Shown one piece after another: positions 31,415-32,000 of a stretch of DNA of 32,000 bases. Both the position numbers and the translations under genes were made by a program. The notes beneath the pieces were generated by a model. It was not told where the DNA came from and made no database searches. It saw nothing but the letters and a program-made list of their open reading frames with translations. Each line of letters starts with the position of its first letter. Positions within the stretch are counted from its first letter, which is position 1. The DNA comes from Megasphaera elsdenii DSM 20460 (GTDB taxonomy: Bacteria; Bacillota; Negativicutes; Veillonellales; Megasphaeraceae): positions 1,500,001 through 1,532,000 of the forward strand of contig NZ_CP027570.1 in NCBI RefSeq assembly GCF_003010495.1, written 5' to 3'.

Positions 31415-31501
31415 AGAGATAGTCCGATGGCTGCACATCGGCTCTCCTCTAGGTTAAGATGTTGAAGAAGGCCGTGTACCGCATTGGTATACGGTTTTTT
31501 T
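31415..31501 (+). ncRNA. Candidate small RNA (~85 nt), convergent with the 25-aa toxin-like ORF
   Basis: It has a 5' hairpin CCGATG-GCTGCA-CATCGG (31424-31441) and a CU-rich single-stranded stretch GCTCTCCTCT. The terminator is CCGTGTACC-GCATT-GGTATACGG followed by seven T (31472-31501). Confidence 0.35.
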
Positions 31502-31517
31502 CAGATATCGTACTTAC

Positions 31518-31595
31518 TTATTTACGTACCGAAATAACCAGCACGACTAAGGTAGCAAAAGCTATCATTAGATAAAGTGTTTCAAAGACACTCAT
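31518..31595 (-). CDS. 25-aa hydrophobic peptide, holin-like / type I toxin-like (not in the supplied ORF track)
   Basis: The minus strand reads ATG AGT GTC TTT GAA ACA CTT TAT ... CGT AAA TAA = MSVFETLYLMIAFATLVVLVISVRK*. It is preceded by GAGGTGATC, complementary to the 16S 3' end, 3 nt before the ATG. The sequence pattern resembles the Firmicutes 'putative holin-like toxin' peptides (MS.[FY]E.L.LM.AF...). Confidence 0.5.
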   Translation of the reverse strand: MSVFETLYLMIAFATLVVLVISVRK

Positions 31596-31603
31596 GCTGA
31601 TCA

Positions 31604-31619
31604 CCTCACTTTCGTGAGG
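31604..31619 (-). promoter_or_regulatory. SD-sequestering hairpin in the leader of the toxin-like ORF
   Basis: The mRNA sense reads CCUCAC-GAAA-GUGAGG, with a GNRA loop. The 3' arm GUGAGG is the 5' half of the Shine-Dalgarno GUGAGGUGAUC. Confidence 0.4.
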
Positions 31620-31708
31620 AAAACCGAATACATCGAACTATCTCATAACTAGTAGTTTGTCAAATGTTTATAAAAATATCAATGACTCTCTTTGACTAAG
31701 GTGAAATT

Positions 31709-32000
31709 ATGAACATTCTAATCAGCGCCTGCCTGCTCGGCCAGTATTGCCGTTACGATGGTAAGACGAAGGTTTATCCGCAGGTACAGGATTTGCTTGG
31801 ACGGGATGATATCCATTTGATTCCCGTCTGTCCGGAACAGTGTGGCGGTCTGGCGACGCCGCGGCCAGCGGCTGAACGGCAGGGCAAACGTGTCGTCACT
31901 GCTAATGGCAGTGAGGTGACGGCCCAGTACCAACGCGGTGCCGAAGCGGCCCTGTATTGGGCACGCCTGTTCCACTGTACGAAAGCCATCTTGAAGGAGA
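31709..32000 (+). CDS. DUF523 family protein (TudS-like), 5' part; the 3' end is outside the window
   Basis: ATG 31709 follows AAGGTGA. MNILISACLLGQYCRYDGKTK...IPVCPEQCGGLATPRPAAE carries the conserved Cys pattern of DUF523. The frame is open to the window edge. Confidence 0.75.
   Translation, partial: MNILISACLLGQYCRYDGKTKVYPQVQDLLGRDDIHLIPVCPEQCGGLATPRPAAERQGKRVVTANGSEVTAQYQRGAEAALYWARLFHCTKAILKE

Noticed and set aside
31718-31989. Minus-strand ORFs 31718-31975 and 31774-31989.
   Set aside because: They are antisense to the DUF523 gene, whose + strand frame carries the conserved CLLG..CRYDG / CPE..GG motifs and a proper SD and ATG at 31709.

Overview
The first ~21.5 kb is the right-hand part of a P2/Mu-like contractile-tailed prophage. 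The remaining ~10.5 kb is host chromosome. The prophage genes are almost all on the + strand and tightly packed. In order they are: neck proteins, tail sheath, tail tube, and a tail chaperone with a canonical -1 frameshift site (TTTTTTA). Next is a 1182-aa tape measure carrying about ten tandem 120-bp (40-aa) units, six of them nucleotide-identical. Then come gpX/gpD/gpV/gpU/gpW/gpJ/gpI-like baseplate genes and fibre genes. After these is a complete diversity-generating retroelement (DGR): a target gene with C-terminal VR, avd, TR and a reverse transcriptase. In the VR/TR alignment, 13 of 14 differences fall on TR adenines. Holin and amidase follow, then an AT-rich five-gene moron island with its own near-consensus promoters. 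The prophage ends next to tRNA-Lys(CUU), the probable att region. The host part holds pepA, a PHP phosphoesterase, a P-loop/Asp23 fusion, an HTH regulator, a propionate-CoA-transferase-like gene, a hotdog thioesterase, a secreted protein and alsS. It also holds a 25-aa holin-like/type I toxin-like ORF (absent from the ORF track) with a convergent candidate sRNA, and the 5' end of a DUF523 gene. Gene content and composition fit a Firmicutes/Negativicutes (Megasphaera-like) host, but that is a guess. All family assignments come from recognising motifs and gene order by eye; no searches were run.
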